A stretch of 64,000 nt of DNA, taken from the NCBI GenBank assembly GCA_001662655.1, contig KV460210.1; one strand, written 5' to 3'. The DNA is from Pseudogymnoascus verrucosus (Eukaryota). A model generated the notes under the pieces. That model saw only the letters and a program-made list of their open reading frames with translations, had not been told where the DNA came from and searched no databases. This document shows, piece by piece, positions 59,278 to 64,000 of the stretch (its first letter is position 1; each line of letters opens with the position of its first letter). The position numbers and the translations under genes were made by a program.

Positions 59278-59588
59278 CGCTCATTGACGGCCAGATTCCT
59301 TAGCATTGCATCCTCGGGAGCATTTGTATATAGTTCCTCGCTCGAATCAAACCAGCAATTTTTGAGAGTCCCCTAAGCTTAGCTTCCACTTTTAAATGTT
59401 GCTTAATTCGCTCATTAACTGTCAGATTCCCTTGGATAGCTTCTCTCCCCACAGTTGATGTTTGGGAGGGCCTATGCATACAATTCCTCGCCTGATCCGT
59501 TCATTGACTGCCAGCCCCCCTGAATTGCTTCTCATAGCAGGCTCAATGTTTATAAGAACCTACGCGTACATTTCCTCGCCCGGAGTCA
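59278..59588. repeat. About three degenerate ~90-nt direct repeats overlapping the stop codon of the 190-aa ORF
   Basis: Anchors tcatt(g/a)ac-g-cag at 59281, 59412 and 59501, and ttcctcgc at ~59334, ~59484 and ~59572. Confidence 0.65.
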
Positions 59589-60132
59589 ATTTGACGCGTC
59601 TCTTCCGGTGATACCACGCTTCAGTACCACCCCGAAGCATCGCCTGCCACAGTCTCTGATCCTTGTTCTCATCGCTGCAAGTCTTTCCCCTGAACACACC
59701 ATTGGGATTTGTCTCATTCGCGGCCCGCAGGAGCACAAGACACAGCGCATAGTGGTCGATCTCCACGAAGTTGGTTTTGTCAACGACGCCTGTTGCTGAG
59801 GTATAGCGCTCAGGGGCCTTGGAAATTCTCTGGGTGATTTGCTTCAAGGTTGGTGCTCTCTTACGCCTCATGCCGTCGACTGCTTTGTCCCATTGAAGGT
59901 CGATCCAGTCACAGACGAGTTCGTCGTAGGCAGGTTTGAAGGACTCGCTTGCCATCCATGCCTTTACGGCTGCTTTGTTGTCGAGCCCGAGAATATAGGC
60001 AAGGCGACCGTAACTCTGGTAATCATTGAATTTGACAGGATCGCGGAAGCCAAATGGCACCACATCTACCAAGACAGTTATCTCTGAGGCAGACATGGCG
60101 GCTTGGTCTTCTGCAATTGAAGGTGAAGCCAT
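59560..60132 (-). CDS. Orphan protein (190 aa)
   Basis: ATG in an AAGATGG context, globular-looking composition. Possible 5'-UTR intron 60254-60195 (GCTAAC branch, CAG acceptor). No motif recognised. Confidence 0.6.
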   Translation of the reverse strand: MASPSIAEDQAAMSASEITVLVDVVPFGFRDPVKFNDYQSYGRLAYILGLDNKAAVKAWMASESFKPAYDELVCDWIDLQWDKAVDGMRRKRAPTLKQITQRISKAPERYTSATGVVDKTNFVEIDHYALCLVLLRAANETNPNGVFRGKTCSDENKDQRLWQAMLRGGTEAWYHRKRRVKLTPGEEMYA

Positions 60133-60329
60133 CTTGGATCGTAGGCGATGGACAAGGTCCAGGTCAAAGGGATTCTCACAGCAGAAATGTTAGACTGTAT
60201 AATATGGTTAGCATATATGATCTAATAATATATTAATGTAATAATCAATATCACCTTGAAGAGCGAGCTGGGACCGTAAATTGTGAGGCGGTAGCAGGGA
60301 GAGATTGAAGACTTTGAGATCGAAAGGGT

Positions 60330-61235
60330 ACCGGATTGAAAAGGCGAAGGTGAGTTTGTAGAACCGGTTGGAAATGCCGGAAGTGGATTTGAGAGCTGTA
60401 TGACAGATATTGACAATTTTGAGGCCGTGAAGTTATGAGATCGAATTCTTCTTGGTTGGTGAGGTGGGAGCAAGGTTGTAAAGGCGTAATATCAAAAGCT
60501 TTGGAATTGAGAAGCGCGTGTTGATATTGCCGTGGCTGAAGTGGTCGGAAAGTCGGAGAAGGATCTGAATGCTGCTTGTCAAGGGATCGGGCAGTCTGAG
60601 GCTGTAGAAGTATGAGACCTGAAGCTTGAGGATTGAACCTGAAAAAGTTGAGAGAAGCTGAAGTGATCGAAATGCTGGAGACGGGTCTGATTGTTGTGAA
60701 TTAAGAGATCAAACAATCAGAGACTGTAAGAGTATGAAAATAAGAACGTCGATCTTGAGAGGGTGGGAGGAAGTTTGTAGTCGCTGAAGTTTATAAATGA
60801 TAATGGCGGATCGTATGTTGAGAGAGACCAACCAAGCAGTCAGAAGTTATAAGAATCAGCCTGGACACCTCAAGATTGAAAAAGTGTAAGTGAGGCTATA
60901 GGGGCTGAAATTTGGAAATTCCGCTGACTGATCTGAGTGTGCAATAGAGCGATCGAGCAGTCAGAGGCTGTAAGACAGAATATGAAATCGAACCCCCAAG
61001 ATTGACAACGTTCGGGTGAGGTTATAGAAGCTGAAGCTCAGAAATGCCGATGATGGATTTGAGTGTTGTAAATAGAGCGATCGAGCAGTCAAGGTATAAG
61101 AAAGAGTATGAGATTGAATGCTTGAGATTGACGACGACGTTCGAGTATGGTTATCGTGGCTGGAATTTGAAAACGCCTACCGACGGATCTGAGATTTGTA
61201 TATCACGAGATCGAGCAATCGGAGAGTGAAAAGCA
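60330..61235. repeat. Degenerate tandem array, unit ~121-130 nt, at least 6-7 copies
   Basis: GGAT(C/T)TGA-like unit starts at 60385, 60561, 60683, 60808, 60929, 61055 and 61185. Internal GATCGAGCAGTC-like anchor. Exact 21-mer AATAGAGCGATCGAGCAGTCA at 60943 and 61071. Confidence 0.8.
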
Positions 61236-61394
61236 TACTCAGATTGACAATGTGCAAGCGAGATTGCAAGTGCAACAGTTGTGAAGATATCAAGAACGCA
61301 TCAGAGTGCTGACAGAGTTGACCTTCAATGGGAGTTGATAAAGACAATGGCAACTGTGTGCGTGCTGACAGAGAAAGCCTTGGATGAAAGTCGA

Positions 61395-61851
61395 TGAAGT
61401 AGAATGGTACATGCTTGCGGAAAATGAGAGTTCATCGAAACCAGCAGGAAGCAGTGTCCGCAGAGGTGTGGGGTGGCAGAGGTGACGTGCCAGTAATTGA
61501 AAAACATAGAATTGTGAAGCTCGAGGACCAGCGGCCTGAGGGGGTGGATTTGAAATCCGTAATAGCAAGCTGAAAGTTGATTTAAACCTCAAATAACAGC
61601 ACCCGTGGTGGCACATGAGGTGGCAGAGGCGAGCTGCCCTCCGTTGTCCGGAGAAGAAAAATGGTATGGCATGGTGGAAAAGAGAGTTGATCGAAACCGA
61701 TTGGAAGCAGAGCCCATGGTAACGCTAGGGATGGCAGGGGCAGCATGCCAAAAAATTGTCGTTTTGGAGTCTGAAAAGGCTTAATATCTCTAGTCCAGAG
61801 GCTAGAGGGGTTGGACAAAAATCCTAATAGTATTAGCTGGAAGTTGGTTTT
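61395..61851. repeat. Pair of degenerate ~190-200 nt direct repeats, offset ~257 nt
   Basis: ggaaaatgagagttcatcgaaacc (61419) versus ggaaaagagagttgatcgaaacc (61676). Both copies end aatcc-taatag...agctg-aagttg-ttt. Confidence 0.7.
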
Positions 61852-62672
61852 GAAGTCTGAACCGGCAGGTCAGAGTAGACGGTCTTAGTCAAGTTTGTCG
61901 GTCTAGATTTTGATTCGAAGTTCTGAACGGGCACCTCAGAGTATTAGACAGTGTTGGTAGACGATTAGTGTTGATCTAACTCAATACGACAGAGCGCCCA
62001 TGATGTATCGAGTAGCAGAGAGGCAACCTGCTAGGAACTTGTCGAAAGAAAGGGGGGGAAGGTCGGAAGTTGAAATTTGGTTAATACAGCCGGAACAGCG
62101 CCGAGCGTGAAGACGAAGCAGAGGTGACCTGCGAGGGTTGCCAATAAAAAATAAAACGTTGCAGACGTGAGGACTGCGGACAACTTGTCGTGATGGGTTG
62201 GTTGGCAGAGGTGACGAACCTGTTAGGAACTTGTCATGAGGGTGCTAGAGGTAAGTCAGTGGGAGCTTGTCATGTTGATGGCATTGCGAGGGTGACAGAA
62301 GGAAGGTCGATAGGAAGATATAATGGATATACACCTACCTACCAGCCATCAATGATGTAGGTAGGTAGGTGCACGTTAGTGTTTCTGGTTGTGTCCAAAT
62401 TTGTCAAGATTGTTGTGCTATGAATTGTTGTGAAGTGGAAAGTTGTGAAGTTATGGAAATTTATTTGTTTATATATAGGAAAATTATATTAGGTGTCTCG
62501 CAAGGTACCGCGCTAGATAAAGGTATATGCAATAAAATAACAAACACCACTCTGTACTCGTGCCGCTAAAGGTTTGAACAAAGGCCGATATAAAAGCTTT
62601 CCTTCAGGGAACGGTCACCCACCAAACCCGATCATTACATACACCACCTCCCCTTCCAACAAACCTATCCCT

Positions 62673-64000
62673 TCAATTCCCAACCTTCGTCTCCTGCGTC
62701 TCCTCATCATCCCCAGAGTAGGCGTACTTGCTCCTGGCCCTGATCTCCGCTCCATAGAAGTAAAACAGGAACGGAATACCACAGCACGCAAGCGCCAAGA
62801 ACGCAAGCAGCGAACTAGCCCACTGATACCCGAGGCGGGCATACATCTGGTTGGTGAAGAGCACCGTCGAGGCACCCCAGAAGGAACGAATACACGTCTT
62901 CGCGGCGAGCGCTGAGGCGGCCTGGTGCTGGTACGAGTCGACGATGTAGTTGTTGGCGGCGTTGTAGAGGAAGATGAAACCGAAGCCGACGGGGAAGCCG
63001 GCGAAGGCGGGTCCGGCCCAGGAGACGTGTGGGTAGGAGGTCCAGGCGAAGATGAAGAGACCGATCGGGACGAACCAGCAGGAGACCATCATGGGGATTA
63101 AGCGGGTCTCTGCGGGAGGCTTGCCGTTGTGCTTTTTGACCAAGGTCAGGTAGTGCTTGTTGACAAGTGGGGCGCAGGCGGCAGAGCAGAGGACGCCAAC
63201 GGCGAGAGGGATGAACATTAAACCTGTCTTGCCGGCATCCCACCCCTTGCCTTGTTGGTAAACGACTGGGTAGGCGACGAAGAACATGTAAAGGAGACCG
63301 TAGAGAACGGACATGTAGACGGAGATGAGCAGGACGATAAGTTCGCCGAAGAGAAGCTGGAATGGTCGAATGAGGAAGTTGAGGAGGCGGTCAGAGAATG
63401 GGCGCATATCGAGATCTTGCTCGGTGACATATCTCTTTCCGGAAGATTTGGAGAGTTTCTCAGCACGGCGCTTGAGGATGGTTGGCGCGTATGTCTCGGG
63501 AACGGTGAAGGTGATCAGCACCCAAACAGTACCGGAAAGGATAAGCTGGATCCAGTAAAGCCAGCGCCAGCCCTTGGCGTCAGCCAAGTATCCTCCAACG
63601 AGGGGACCAATTGCGGGGCCGATGAAGGGAGCAGCCGAGAAGGCAGCCATAGGAACACCGCGCTCTTCGTTCTTCCAGCAATCAGCCAGGGTGCCTCCAA
63701 CAAGAGTCATGGGAGCAGAAAAGGCGATGCCGTCGAGGGCTCTGAAGACCATGAGTGTTGCTATATTCTTTGAGACGGCGCATGGAATAATGAAGATCAC
63801 GGCGACGAGGAGAGTCGAGCCGTATATGACACGACGGCCATAGATTTCCGAAAGAGGCGCGAATATCATAGGTCCAACACCGAAACCAATAACAAAGACG
63901 GTGATCGACAGGAGAGCGACCTCCTCAGAAACGTTGAATTCTTTTGCGAGCCCCTCGATATCAGCTGTGATAACGCTGGAATTGAAGGCTACCACGAAGC
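62673..64000 (-). CDS. MFS drug:H+ antiporter (DHA1 / Tpo1-Flu1-like); N-terminus lies beyond the window end
   Basis: [52 protein letters not shown]; about 12 TM segments. Confidence 0.93.
   Translation of the reverse strand, partial: FVVAFNSSVITADIEGLAKEFNVSEEVALLSITVFVIGFGVGPMIFAPLSEIYGRRVIYGSTLLVAVIFIIPCAVSKNIATLMVFRALDGIAFSAPMTLVGGTLADCWKNEERGVPMAAFSAAPFIGPAIGPLVGGYLADAKGWRWLYWIQLILSGTVWVLITFTVPETYAPTILKRRAEKLSKSSGKRYVTEQDLDMRPFSDRLLNFLIRPFQLLFGELIVLLISVYMSVLYGLLYMFFVAYPVVYQQGKGWDAGKTGLMFIPLAVGVLCSAACAPLVNKHYLTLVKKHNGKPPAETRLIPMMVSCWFVPIGLFIFAWTSYPHVSWAGPAFAGFPVGFGFIFLYNAANNYIVDSYQHQAASALAAKTCIRSFWGASTVLFTNQMYARLGYQWASSLLAFLALACCGIPFLFYFYGAEIRARSKYAYSGDDEETQETKVGN

Noticed and set aside
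60330..61235. Regularly spaced repeats resembling a CRISPR array
   Set aside because: Eukaryotic context, no cas genes, and similarity extends along whole units rather than identical repeats with unique spacers.

Overview
Eukaryotic, intron-containing genomic DNA from a filamentous ascomycete. Short GT-AG introns with CTRAY branch sites and the gene content suggest a Leotiomycete, possibly Pseudogymnoascus-like (inference). The window is mostly a gene-dense housekeeping neighbourhood. It holds a 5' fragment of a CrpA-like Cu P1B-ATPase, NCR1/NPC1, complex I NDUFS3, NOT4, MTAP/MEU1, MED13, ENP2, a small single-pass membrane protein, a long coiled-coil protein, mitochondrial bL33, an F-box protein, a YANK/STK32-type AGC kinase, a cytochrome P450, alanine aminotransferase, RPN7, ABD1, NSE2/MMS21 and a partial DHA1-type MFS transporter. 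Two accessory-looking pockets interrupt this run. At ~6.8-9.4 kb there are two tiny spliced orphan genes with degenerate repeats. At ~56.3-62.3 kb there is a NACHT/NLR-like gene, a convergent orphan and about 3 kb of nested degenerate tandem repeats. The best-supported hidden features are alternative C-terminal exon usage in NOT4, an upstream mitochondrial-presequence exon of ALT, and a multi-intron minus-strand transcript head-to-head with the P450. I recognised no rRNA, tRNA, CRISPR array or transposase, and no clearly new multi-gene system. All exon boundaries were derived by eye from splice consensus and phase, and all homology calls are from motif recognition, not database searches.
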